A stretch of 64,000 bases of DNA, from positions 1,152,001 through 1,216,000 of the forward strand of contig CBDIID010000003.1 of the NCBI GenBank assembly GCA_965279515.1, written 5' to 3'. Source of the stretch: Turneriella sp. Lineage in GTDB: Bacteria; Spirochaetota; Leptospiria; Turneriellales; Turneriellaceae. A model generated the notes under the pieces. That model saw nothing but the letters and a program-made list of their open reading frames with translations. It was not told the origin of the DNA and searched no databases. Positions 1-9,312 of this stretch are shown one piece after another. A program made the translations under genes and the position numbers. Positions within the stretch are counted from its first letter, which is position 1. Every line of letters begins with the position of its first letter.

Positions 1-2730
1 GCGGGCACCATACGCGGCAAGGTTATCGACTCAGCCAACGGCGAGCCGATGATCGGCGTCACGGCGGTGGTCAAAGAGCTCAACCTCTTTGCAGTCACCG
101 ACATCGACGGCAGTTATGTCATTACGAACGTACCCCCGGGTGCGCAGACGGTCACCTACCAGATTCAGGGCTACCAGACGGCAGCGACACAGGTCAATGT
201 CGCGCCAGGCAAGGCGGCGCGCGCTAACGTGACGATGAATTACCAGGTCTCGAAAGAGGTCGTGGTGACGGCGAAGCGGATGGACAACACGGCAGCATCA
301 CTTCTTTCGAAACAGAAGAAGGCCGCCGCTGCTCAAGATGCGATTTCCGCCGAACAGATCAATAAGAGCCCCGATAACGACGCGGCCGATGCCGCAAAGC
401 GGGTAACTGGCCTTAGCATCGTCGGTGGGCAAAACGTTTTCATACGCGGGATGTCCGACAGATACTCCGTAGTCCTCGTAAACGGCGCCTTGGTGCCCTC
501 ACCTATTCCCACGCGACGCGTAGTGCCTCTCGATATTTTCCCTGTGTCGTTGCTGGATAACATGACTGTCGTCAAAAGTTATTTGGCGAAATATCCAGGG
601 GAATTCGGTGCCGGAGTCATCGACATCGAAACGCGGGATTATCCAGAGCAAAAAGAACTCAAACTAGGATTAAGTTTTGGGGCAAATACCCAAACGACCT
701 TTAAAACATTCGGAACCTATTCAGGCGGTAAGCTTGATTTTCTCGGCTATGACGATGGTACGCGCTCCTTACCGAGCCAAATTTCAAGCTCTAAAGTGTC
801 ACCGTACAGTTCCGTCACTGGAACAGGATATACAAATTCAGAACGCATTGCTATCGCGCAACAGTTTAACAATAGTTGGTCCAGAAAAGACTCTTCTGGC
901 TTACCAGCAGGTCGAATCAGCGTTTCATTTGGCAATACATACGAGCTCGGTCAAAACCAAAAGCTAGGCGTACTGGCTTCAGGATTTTTTCAGGAAAGTT
1001 CACAGACCATCAAAGGCGTTTTCAAGCGCTACCTCGCTGATAAATCTCTGGCTGCCGATTATTCGTATGAAGATTTTAATTATTCCACAACGAAAACCGG
1101 GCAGCTTTCCCTTACCTATGCTTCGTCAAAGCGGAATAAGTTTAAGCTAAATACTTTTTACACACAAAAATCCAGTGATACAACACGACAAAATATCGGC
1201 CAATACGATTATTCAAGCAACGGAACAAAGACCATCCTTGCATTTTCTGAAGCATCACTGATATTTAATCAGCTCAAAGGTGAGCACAAGCTTGAGTTCT
1301 TAGATTCTGAAATAGATTGGTATCTAAACGCTTCCGTTGCGCTACGTAACCAGCCTGATACCCGCGCTACTCGTTATACAAAAGATGGCCTATTTGAACA
1401 ATCTCGCAACATGACGCGGTACTTTAACAACCACAATGAGAACCTGTTTCAGGGTGGGGCCGCGTTCCACACGCCTTTCCAGCAGTGGTCGGGCCTTAAG
1501 GCAAAATTCAGCGTTGGCGGTGATGCTTCTTACCGCTACCGAACCACAAAGAGCCGGCGCTTTACCCATGACTTGCAAAGCATACCGAACCTAGCGCTTT
1601 CTGCTGAAGACATCTTTCGTCAGGGGCAACCTATGACCTCAGAAGTCACCGGTACATCGATTGCCGAGGGGCTTGATGCCTATGACGCATCGTTGCAAAT
1701 CTTTGGCGGTTACACTCAGTTAGATATGCCGCTTATTCCGCGCCTGCGCTTTATTCCCGGCGTTCGGGTGGAAAACTGGAAACAAAAGGCGGATGCCTTT
1801 AACATTTTTGACAGCTCACTGAAAGATAAGTCACAATTAACAGCCACAAATGTTATGCCTACAGTGAATCTCGTCTACACACCTATTGACGACCTGAATA
1901 TCCGGTTGGGTGGCAGCCAGACTATCAATCGCCCCGATTTTATCGAGGCGGCCAATTTCAGGCTCTTTGACGATTTAGTCACAGGAGCTCTCATCAAAGG
2001 TAATCCCAATCTTCAAGCCGCGACCATTACCAGCGGCGACCTGCGTGTAGAATATTTCCCCGGTGTCGCCGAGGTAATTGCTGTCAGTGGTTTTTACAAA
2101 CAAATTGATAAACCCATCGAGGCAGCGGTCGGTGCCTTAGCAGATGACCTGCAATTCACATACATCAATCAAAACAAAGCAACTTTGCTCGGTGGTGAAA
2201 TTGAAATCCGTAAAAACCTGGGCTTCATTTCCGGTTTTCTAAAACCGTTTTCTGTTCTGTCGAACGCAACCATAGTTCAATCAGAAATTGAATTCAATCC
2301 TAGTGTAACAACGGTCGAGACCAACAAGCGCCGTCCATTGCAAGGACAATCTCCTTGGTTGCTTAATGCGGGACTTTATTACGATAACGAAAAATCCGGA
2401 ACCAGTATCGCCGGCCTCTATAATGTTTTCGGCCGCCGAATTGTTCAGGTCGGGGTGAACGGCCTACCCAACACCTATGAAGAATCGTACGGTACGCTTG
2501 ACCTGATTCTCAAGCAGAAATTCGGAAAATCCATCGATCTAAAGATCGCAGCAGCTAATTTATTAGATCCTGAAATCACTCAAAACCAGGGAACCGATGA
2601 CAAGTTGCTGGTAGAAAGATATCGCCGGGGCATTAATATCTCTGTCGGCGTAACCTATAGCCTCTGGGCGGCACAACAAGAAGAAAGTAATACTGAAATC
2701 GAAAAAGTATCAAAAGGAGAATCAAAATGA
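1..2730 (+). CDS. TonB-dependent receptor with N-terminal carboxypeptidase-regulatory-like domain (5'-truncated by the window edge)
   Basis: Frame is open from base 1 (AGTIRGKVIDSANGEPMIGV..TDIDGSYVI). Plug motifs ISAEQI..PD.DAADA.KRV.GLS and FIRGMSDRY..PLDIFP..LD; barrel motifs GNPNL and RRPLQGQSPW; late NLLD. Confidence 0.92.
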   Translation, partial: AGTIRGKVIDSANGEPMIGVTAVVKELNLFAVTDIDGSYVITNVPPGAQTVTYQIQGYQTAATQVNVAPGKAARANVTMNYQVSKEVVVTAKRMDNTAASLLSKQKKAAAAQDAISAEQINKSPDNDAADAAKRVTGLSIVGGQNVFIRGMSDRYSVVLVNGALVPSPIPTRRVVPLDIFPVSLLDNMTVVKSYLAKYPGEFGAGVIDIETRDYPEQKELKLGLSFGANTQTTFKTFGTYSGGKLDFLGYDDGTRSLPSQISSSKVSPYSSVTGTGYTNSERIAIAQQFNNSWSRKDSSGLPAGRISVSFGNTYELGQNQKLGVLASGFFQESSQTIKGVFKRYLADKSLAADYSYEDFNYSTTKTGQLSLTYASSKRNKFKLNTFYTQKSSDTTRQNIGQYDYSSNGTKTILAFSEASLIFNQLKGEHKLEFLDSEIDWYLNASVALRNQPDTRATRYTKDGLFEQSRNMTRYFNNHNENLFQGGAAFHTPFQQWSGLKAKFSVGGDASYRYRTTKSRRFTHDLQSIPNLALSAEDIFRQGQPMTSEVTGTSIAEGLDAYDASLQIFGGYTQLDMPLIPRLRFIPGVRVENWKQKADAFNIFDSSLKDKSQLTATNVMPTVNLVYTPIDDLNIRLGGSQTINRPDFIEAANFRLFDDLVTGALIKGNPNLQAATITSGDLRVEYFPGVAEVIAVSGFYKQIDKPIEAAVGALADDLQFTYINQNKATLLGGEIEIRKNLGFISGFLKPFSVLSNATIVQSEIEFNPSVTTVETNKRRPLQGQSPWLLNAGLYYDNEKSGTSIAGLYNVFGRRIVQVGVNGLPNTYEESYGTLDLILKQKFGKSIDLKIAAANLLDPEITQNQGTDDKLLVERYRRGINISVGVTYSLWAAQQEESNTEIEKVSKGESK

Positions 2731-4271
2731 AAAAAGCGAAGTTAATCGCAGTTTCACTAGTCGCCGCTGCGCTACTGGTATCGAACTGCTCTTCCAGTAG
2801 TGACAGTGCATCAACGGATGCGTGTGCGAAAGTAAACAGTGACGGCGGCATGTGCGGAGATATCACAAGCAGCAAAAGTTATGCTGCGAATTCGAATATC
2901 AGCATTCGTGGTGCGGTGAAGATAAAATCGGGTAATACGCTGACCATCGGTGCCGGCTCGACGATCAAGGCGGACACCTCAACCCTAACCTACCTGCTGA
3001 TTGAACGGGGTGCCACCATCAGCGCTGTCGGTACGGCGGCAAATCCCATTGTTTTCACCAGTGGGGGGACCACAGGAAGCCGAAACCCGTCAGATTGGGG
3101 TGGCATCGTCGTTCATGGTAAATCAGCGACTAATAATACCGCCAGCCTGAATTATGCGGCAGATTCTGAGATCTTTACCGGCCCGTATGGGTGCGGTGAA
3201 TCCGGAAACGCTTGTGATGGCTCATTAAACAACAGCGATAGCAGCGGTACGATTCAGTATGTTCGCATCGAATTTGCAGGCCGGGAGATTTCTGCCGGTA
3301 AAGAATTTAACGGACTTTTCCTGGCCGGGGTTGGTAAAGGTACAACGATTGATCACGTACAATTCCACAGAGGTTCTGACGACGGCATTGAAATATTCGG
3401 TGGCGCGGTTGATATTCGTTATGCCATGATTACCGATAACCAGGACGACGCCTTCGATGTAGATGAAGGTTGGAGAGGCACAGCGCAATTTGTCGTAGCT
3501 GCTGTCCCTAAAGATGGGGATCAAGGCATTGAGTACGATGGTATTGGCGCAGACGCAAGCCGTGCGACTAATGTACCTTTATCCAATTTTACCATTCTTG
3601 GGTCTATCAATAAAACCGTTCCCGGCGCAATTTCGGTTCGTGCCAGTGGCACAATGGGGTTATACAATTCGTACATTGCCCACTTCTCAGGCACGAATGG
3701 TGTAGTTGCTGTGGCTGACAATTCGGTTTGTTTAGCAAAGAACTCCGCCGCAACAGCAGGTAGCGCTCCAGTTACATGCAGTGGCTCGGCAGTTACACCC
3801 GATGCAAATTTCGTAGGCACATATCGCTTACGCTTCGAGAGTAACTTACTCGAGTGTATGTTCACGGAAACATCATTTACGACAGCAAAAGCAAGTCTGG
3901 ATTCTCTGTTTGCGCGGGGCAACCAACCCAATGGAGCCAGTGCGAGCAGCTTTAACGCGAACAGTGCCAGTGCTGCAGGAACAGACATGAGTACGGTAGG
4001 TAGATTTCCGACTTCCGCCGGTACTGGGAACAACGACAGTTCCGTCTTAAACTGCACAGCTCCGAAACTAGCACGGCCGGGCGACGGCGTGCTTTGGGGC
4101 GTGACCAGCGGAGTTTCTGAATTCAGACCTGCTGCCATTACAAGCTTGACAGAAACTGATCCACCTGCAGCTCCGAACGGAACGGATATAAGCCTGCCTG
4201 GTTATGTCGGTGCCTTCTCAGGCGTAGGCGATACCTGGGCTGATACCTGGACATCTTTTCCCGCAAACTAA
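2727..4271 (+). CDS. Surface lipoprotein, beta-helix-like, resembling ElpS-type phosphate-starvation lipoproteins
   Basis: Lipobox LLVSNC. Family motifs PIVFTS, DWGGIVV.G, DSSG.IQYVRIEFAG, E.NGL.LAGVG.GT.ID.VQ, DDGIEIFGG, DDAFD.DEGW.G. ATGA overlap with the TBDR and an AAGGAG RBS. Confidence 0.7.
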   Translation: MKKAKLIAVSLVAAALLVSNCSSSSDSASTDACAKVNSDGGMCGDITSSKSYAANSNISIRGAVKIKSGNTLTIGAGSTIKADTSTLTYLLIERGATISAVGTAANPIVFTSGGTTGSRNPSDWGGIVVHGKSATNNTASLNYAADSEIFTGPYGCGESGNACDGSLNNSDSSGTIQYVRIEFAGREISAGKEFNGLFLAGVGKGTTIDHVQFHRGSDDGIEIFGGAVDIRYAMITDNQDDAFDVDEGWRGTAQFVVAAVPKDGDQGIEYDGIGADASRATNVPLSNFTILGSINKTVPGAISVRASGTMGLYNSYIAHFSGTNGVVAVADNSVCLAKNSAATAGSAPVTCSGSAVTPDANFVGTYRLRFESNLLECMFTETSFTTAKASLDSLFARGNQPNGASASSFNANSASAAGTDMSTVGRFPTSAGTGNNDSSVLNCTAPKLARPGDGVLWGVTSGVSEFRPAAITSLTETDPPAAPNGTDISLPGYVGAFSGVGDTWADTWTSFPAN

Positions 4272-4279
4272 AAACTTCG

Positions 4280-4302
4280 GCGGCCTCTTTGAGGCCGCTT
4301 TT
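4280..4302 (+). terminator. Probable intrinsic terminator
   Basis: GCGGCCTC-TTT-GAGGCCGC followed by TTTT, 8 nt after the stop codon. Confidence 0.65.
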
Positions 4303-4311
4303 CCACAAAAC

Positions 4312-4827
4312 ATGAAACACAGATTATCCATAATCCTGCTCATACTGGCCTTCGTGTCTTGCGGAAAGAAAGTACCTCCTCTCAACGACCCCTTCGAAAG
4401 CCTCAAGGCCCTGACAGAACATCATCTGCACTGCATCGAACTGAATCAGGTCGAATGCCTCTCCGGCAGGCTATTATCCTACAAAGAATTTACAGCAAGC
4501 ATATACGCTTCCCTACCTGAAGGCAAAGATCCCGTCGCCAACATTTCACCAGACGTTTATTGGGGCTGGATTCTACCCGACAGGAAAAGGGGGATCAAAA
4601 AGCTCATGGAACGCTTCGGCGGAATGAAGTTAGTCAATTATACACTCGGCGAACCCAAAAGAGTAATGAAACTCGATGGAATCAAACTCCATAGGGATAT
4701 CCCCTTGTTTGCCGAGTTTCTAGATGCTAAGGATAATAAAAAGCATCAGCTCAGTTCTTCAGAAATACTCAAGGCCGTCGTCGAAGTCGATGGCAGTTTT
4801 AAACTCTGGAATCTTACGTACGAGTAA
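4312..4827 (+). CDS. Hypothetical lipoprotein
   Basis: Signal MKHRLSIILLILAFVSC; 171-aa ORF filling the gap between genes. Confidence 0.75.
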   Translation: MKHRLSIILLILAFVSCGKKVPPLNDPFESLKALTEHHLHCIELNQVECLSGRLLSYKEFTASIYASLPEGKDPVANISPDVYWGWILPDRKRGIKKLMERFGGMKLVNYTLGEPKRVMKLDGIKLHRDIPLFAEFLDAKDNKKHQLSSSEILKAVVEVDGSFKLWNLTYE

Positions 4828-4849
4828 CTTTGTCCGCATGCAAAAAAAC

Positions 4850-4877
4850 TTGCCACCACTCTTTAATTCCATATTAT
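4850..4877 (+). promoter_or_regulatory. Putative sigma70 promoter for pstS-marR
   Basis: TTGCCA-N16-TATTAT upstream of ATG 4893. Confidence 0.4.
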
Positions 4878-4892
4878 GGCAAATAACTAAAT

Positions 4893-5837
4893 ATGAACCG
4901 TCTGCAAATTAAATACCTCCAACATAAAATCAGCCGTTTTTGCATGGCTTCGGCCATGATAGCTATGCTCGGCGCCTGCAAGGGGAAGCAAGAAGTTCTG
5001 ATCAGCGGCTCAGAAACCATGCGGGGAGTGATTGGCGTTCTGGCTGAATCTTTCAATGCCAGCCAAAACCGTTATCTGGTAAAAGTCGGCGGCGGCGGCT
5101 CCAAGGTCGGCATCGACGACCTGACACACAGCCGCGTCGACATGGCCATGACCTCAAACGACATCAGCGAAACTCACCTCGCCGCGCTGGCCGACATCAG
5201 CAAATTCGAGAAAGTAGAAATCGGTTACGACGGCATCGCCATCGTTGTGCATCCCTCAAACCCGGTTACGCGCATCGATCTTTTGCAATATTCACAAATT
5301 CTCGCCGGCAAAATCACCAATTGGAAGCAGCTGGGCGGCGCCGATATGGCTATCATTCCCGTCGTGCGGAATAAATTTTCAGGCACCGAAGGTTATGTGC
5401 GCGAGCATGTTCTGCGCCGCAAAGATCTGGGTGAGCCTGTCTATGAAGCGTATAAAGATATCGAGTATGGCCCCGGCGCCGTCGTGAAACGCGATAACCG
5501 CGAGATTTTTGATTTCATCGACACCAACCTCGGCGCGATTGCATACATGGGTGTCGGCGTCGTAAAATCCGAAGGCGGAAAAAAAATCAAGATTCTGGAT
5601 TATTCGCTGCTGAAAGACGGCCCTTTCCTGCAACCGACGGTTGAAAATATTCAGGGTGGCAAATACCGCCTGTCGCGCGCACTCTCGATGGTCTATGTTC
5701 CCGATAACAGCAAGAAAGATGCTTTCATCGCCTTTACGCTCAGCGAGCAGGGACAGAAAAAGGTGCGCGAATACGATTATATGCAGGCAGCACCCACGAC
5801 GGTGCTCGTCATAGAAAAAAGGACACAGCCAAAATAA
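4893..5837 (+). CDS. pstS: PstS-family phosphate-binding lipoprotein
   Basis: Motifs ISGSET, GGGSKVG, IGYDGIAIVVHPSNPV, GKITNWKQLGG.D, R...SGT, Y.LSR.L; lipobox LGAC. True start may lie downstream. Confidence 0.85.
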   Translation: MNRLQIKYLQHKISRFCMASAMIAMLGACKGKQEVLISGSETMRGVIGVLAESFNASQNRYLVKVGGGGSKVGIDDLTHSRVDMAMTSNDISETHLAALADISKFEKVEIGYDGIAIVVHPSNPVTRIDLLQYSQILAGKITNWKQLGGADMAIIPVVRNKFSGTEGYVREHVLRRKDLGEPVYEAYKDIEYGPGAVVKRDNREIFDFIDTNLGAIAYMGVGVVKSEGGKKIKILDYSLLKDGPFLQPTVENIQGGKYRLSRALSMVYVPDNSKKDAFIAFTLSEQGQKKVREYDYMQAAPTTVLVIEKRTQPK

Positions 5838-5838
5838 T

Positions 5839-6303
5839 ATGCTGATGCCAGCGCACCCGCTCATGTCGCATTCGGATGCCCCCAGTGCGATTTTATTTAT
5901 CCGCAGCGGACGCATCGCCACGGCAATGCTGGAAGGCGAACTCTCAAAACTCGGACTTACCGTGCCCTATGCGAGTATTCTCACAGCCCTGCTCGAACAC
6001 GGCTCGAAATCAGCCACAGATCTCTGTATACTGACAATGCGCGAGCGCGCGAACATGAGCGTACTTTTAAGTAAGCTTAAGAAAATCGAATACGTTTCAG
6101 AAAAACCAAACCCACTCGATGCACGCAGCCAGGTCATCTCGCTCACCGGCGAAGGAAAAAAAATGGCCGGTAAATGCCGTGAGGTGACAGAAGAGGTTTC
6201 GGGTCTCATCGATAATTTCCTGAAAACCCATGAAGAGAGCCCGGAAAAATTCCGCACGCTCATGGCCGACTTTCTCGGCAAATTTCATTCATTGTACGTA
6301 TAG
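5839..6303 (+). CDS. MarR-family transcriptional regulator
   Basis: LGLT..Y.SIL..L, HTH, and wing motif NPLDARSQVISLTGEG. Confidence 0.88.
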   Translation: MLMPAHPLMSHSDAPSAILFIRSGRIATAMLEGELSKLGLTVPYASILTALLEHGSKSATDLCILTMRERANMSVLLSKLKKIEYVSEKPNPLDARSQVISLTGEGKKMAGKCREVTEEVSGLIDNFLKTHEESPEKFRTLMADFLGKFHSLYV

Positions 6304-7148
6304 ACCAGAAGCGTTTTCCCCCGGGCGCGGCCGTTTTCCATATCGCGTTTGAGGGCCAGCACTGCCCTCACCATATAGACATCGTCAATGCGGATGCCCC
6401 ACGCGGAAGAGTATGCGGCGGCCACGTGAATCAACTCAGCGTTTTTTTTGCCGAAAGTTCCGGAAAAGTCCGTGATGAGTTCAAAACGATCGGCCGCCGC
6501 TGGTGCTAAACGGCGGATGGTGTCCTGAACCTGGGATTCGTTTCTGAGCACGGCGGCAGCGACGATACGCGTGGGTGATTTTGTCGCTGCAAGAAATCCG
6601 GCTGCAGTTGTTCCCGTCGCGCACGGCAGATAGATTGTTTCAAAACTCTCAGCCGCTGCTGCCCAGAGTTTAACCCCGCTCACACCTTCGGCGCCGAGGC
6701 CACCCTCGGGAATAAAAACCGCAGCCGCAAAATCGACTTCGGGAATCAGGCCCCGCCGCTGCCGGGGTTCGGCGTCACGCAGCTCCCTGTAAACAGAGCG
6801 TGATACAAAGAGGCAATGGACTCCCTGCGCTTCCGCAAAACGGATGGTATCCGACTTGCGCGCCGGGTCGGCGAGCTCGTCACCGCGGATCAGCGCCGTT
6901 GCCTGAAAACCTTCTGCTGCGGCGAATGCTGCGAATGCGCGTAGATGGTTCGAATGTGCCCCGGCCATGGTGATGAGGTGCGACAGGTTTTGTTCACGGG
7001 CACGGCCCACGTAGCCCTTAAGTTTGAAGAATTTATTACCACCGAGATGCGTTAATTTAACCGGGGACGATAAGAGGCTGAGGTCTAACCGCCAATCGTT
7101 GGAAAGCGGCCGAATGGTCCCATGCACGTGCGAAGGCGTGTTTTTCAC
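6285..7148 (-). CDS. ACC deaminase / D-cysteine desulfhydrolase family PLP enzyme
   Basis: GGNKFFKL (PLP Lys), GAHSNHLRA, IRGDEL, FIPEGG, ATGTTAAG. Confidence 0.85.
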   Translation of the reverse strand: MKNTPSHVHGTIRPLSNDWRLDLSLLSSPVKLTHLGGNKFFKLKGYVGRAREQNLSHLITMAGAHSNHLRAFAAFAAAEGFQATALIRGDELADPARKSDTIRFAEAQGVHCLFVSRSVYRELRDAEPRQRRGLIPEVDFAAAVFIPEGGLGAEGVSGVKLWAAAAESFETIYLPCATGTTAAGFLAATKSPTRIVAAAVLRNESQVQDTIRRLAPAAADRFELITDFSGTFGKKNAELIHVAAAYSSAWGIRIDDVYMVRAVLALKRDMENGRARGKTLLVYTYNE

Positions 7149-7207
7149 CTCCTTTATAAAGTCTTTTCTTACTTTTCGCCTTGTCTTGATGAGCGCTGCT
7201 GCCCGCC

Positions 7208-7978
7208 ATGCGCCCTACAACGCTTTTGGCAGCCCTGCTTTCAGCCGCCGGCCTTTTTGCCGCCGAAAGCACGGCGCAGTACCAAAAGGCCCTCGCCTAT
7301 TACGAGCAGAAGAATTTCGATGCCTGTATCACGGCGCTGAAACCCGCGATCAAAGAGGCGGGAGAAAATGCCGACCTGCGCATTCTCGCCGCGCACTGCC
7401 ACAGCGGTAAAAAGAATTATGCCGACGCCATCTATCACCTGAAGGCCGTTGCCTCAGAATCTCCCGAGCGCGCCTCGGTCCGTGCCGATATCGTGAACCT
7501 GCTCTTCCAGCAAGGCCGCTACCGTGAGGGGCGTAACTCGGGCTATAAATTCATCGAAGCGTTTAAAGATGAAGACAAACCCGTGCCTGCAGAACTCGCT
7601 CTGGCAACGGCGAAAGCCTGCCTTGCCTATGGCAAAGTCTCAGAAGCGCTGACGCTGGCACGCGACGCAAAGGCAAGCGCCGACAGCAATATTAAATATT
7701 CAGGCCTCATCACAGAAACACGCGCGCTGATCGCCACCGCCAACCTCACCGAGGCTGACATCTCGCTGAGTTACGCCGAATCGATGCGTGATTCAGAACT
7801 GCACACGCTGCTGCGCGCGAACATCGCCGAGCTTGCCTGGGCGCAGCAAAAATTCCCGGAAGACAAAAGAGCCGAGATTGTGGCGCTCTATGAAAAAGTC
7901 GCCCGCTCCGACAATGCTGAGATCCGCGCTGCGGCGCAGAAAAATCTCGAGCGCGTCAAGGCAGCCAAGGCTTCGTAA
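7208..7978 (+). CDS. Exported TPR-like protein
   Basis: Signal peptide; helical repeats (ALAYYEQKNFD, KKNYADAIYHL, QQGRYREG). Confidence 0.7.
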   Translation: MRPTTLLAALLSAAGLFAAESTAQYQKALAYYEQKNFDACITALKPAIKEAGENADLRILAAHCHSGKKNYADAIYHLKAVASESPERASVRADIVNLLFQQGRYREGRNSGYKFIEAFKDEDKPVPAELALATAKACLAYGKVSEALTLARDAKASADSNIKYSGLITETRALIATANLTEADISLSYAESMRDSELHTLLRANIAELAWAQQKFPEDKRAEIVALYEKVARSDNAEIRAAAQKNLERVKAAKAS

Positions 7979-7989
7979 GCCGGAAGATT

Positions 7990-9312
7990 TTGCTCACCGA
8001 AACGAAACACACACCTACAACCGCGCTTCGCCCCCAGAGCGACATCGTGTCGCGTGCGAACGACGTCCAGCCACGGACTGCTCTCATTCACTTCGGCTGC
8101 CGGCTGAACCAATTTGAGAGCGACGGCATCAAAGCCAACCTCGCGGAAAACTCACATCGCATTATTCAAGACCAGCGCGAGGCCGATTTCATCGTCATCA
8201 ATACCTGCACCGTCACCAACAAGGCAGACTACAAAAACCGCGCGGCGATTCGGCGCGCACACCGCCTGAACCCCCAGGCAAAGATTGTCGTTACGGGTTG
8301 TTATGCAACGACGGACGCCGAAGAACTGCGTGCGCTACCCGGTGTTTACCGCATTATTTCCAACGACAAAAAGCATGACATTGCTAAAATTCTTGCGGGT
8401 GGAGACGACAGCGCCTTAAATGACCGCTTCTTTTTTTCGTCAAACCATGACTTTAAAAGCCGCGCGACGTTGAAAATCCAGGACGGCTGCAACAAGAGCT
8501 GTAGCTACTGCAAAATACCGCAGGCGCGCGGCCGCGGTGTATCCCGCGGCTTTGAGAACACAATTGCGTCGGCGCAAGAACTCATTGCCGCCGGTTTCGG
8601 CGAGCTCGTGCTCACGGGCGTCAACATCGGCTGGTACGAAGATCAGGGCCGCAGCTTTCATGCGCTGGTCGAACAGATTCTCGACCTGCCGGGTAATTTT
8701 CACTTGCGCATCAGCTCCATCGAACCCGGCGACGTCAATGACCGCTTTGCCGCATTTTATGGGCATGAGAAGATGGCAAAATTCCTCCACATTCCGCTGC
8801 AATCGGGCTCTAAATTCGTGTTGCGCACGATGCGGCGCGGTTATACTCCCGAAAATTTCATGAAACGCATCGATGCCGTGCGCAAGGTCAATGCCGACGT
8901 GCATATCGGCACTGATATTATAGTGGGATTTCCCTCGGAAGGCGAAGTCGAATTCCAGGAAACTATGGCGCTTAGCCGCGAGGCGGCCTTTGCCAATATT
9001 CACATTTTTCCGTTTTCGAAGCGGCGCAATACGCCGATCGTCGACTGGCTGGCCAAGCGCGAGAACTCAGCGCTGAAAAAAATCTACCGTGAGGTCAACG
9101 GCCAGATTATCCGTTCGCGCGCCGCTGAACTCGCAGCGCTGAAGGCCGAGCTGGCTGCTGCCTATGCCAAAAACGTCGCCGGCAAGGAATTCTGGGCGGT
9201 GGCTGAAAAAGCAACGAACGGTACGGTCAGTTATATTACGGAAAATTACCTGCGCGGTACTTTGGCGAATAGCCCGCTAAAGCGTGGCGAACGCTTCCGC
9301 ATCAAAGCTTAA
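7990..9312 (+). CDS. mtaB: tRNA t6A37 methylthiotransferase (radical SAM)
   Basis: FGCRLNQFES, INTCTVT, VTGCYA, KIQDGCNKSCSYCKIPQARG, HIPLQSGS, DIIVGFP, HIFPFSKR. Confidence 0.93.
   Translation: MLTETKHTPTTALRPQSDIVSRANDVQPRTALIHFGCRLNQFESDGIKANLAENSHRIIQDQREADFIVINTCTVTNKADYKNRAAIRRAHRLNPQAKIVVTGCYATTDAEELRALPGVYRIISNDKKHDIAKILAGGDDSALNDRFFFSSNHDFKSRATLKIQDGCNKSCSYCKIPQARGRGVSRGFENTIASAQELIAAGFGELVLTGVNIGWYEDQGRSFHALVEQILDLPGNFHLRISSIEPGDVNDRFAAFYGHEKMAKFLHIPLQSGSKFVLRTMRRGYTPENFMKRIDAVRKVNADVHIGTDIIVGFPSEGEVEFQETMALSREAAFANIHIFPFSKRRNTPIVDWLAKRENSALKKIYREVNGQIIRSRAAELAALKAELAAAYAKNVAGKEFWAVAEKATNGTVSYITENYLRGTLANSPLKRGERFRIKA

Noticed and set aside
4828..4892. Pho box upstream of pstS
   Set aside because: No CTGTCAT-like 11-bp direct repeats seen.
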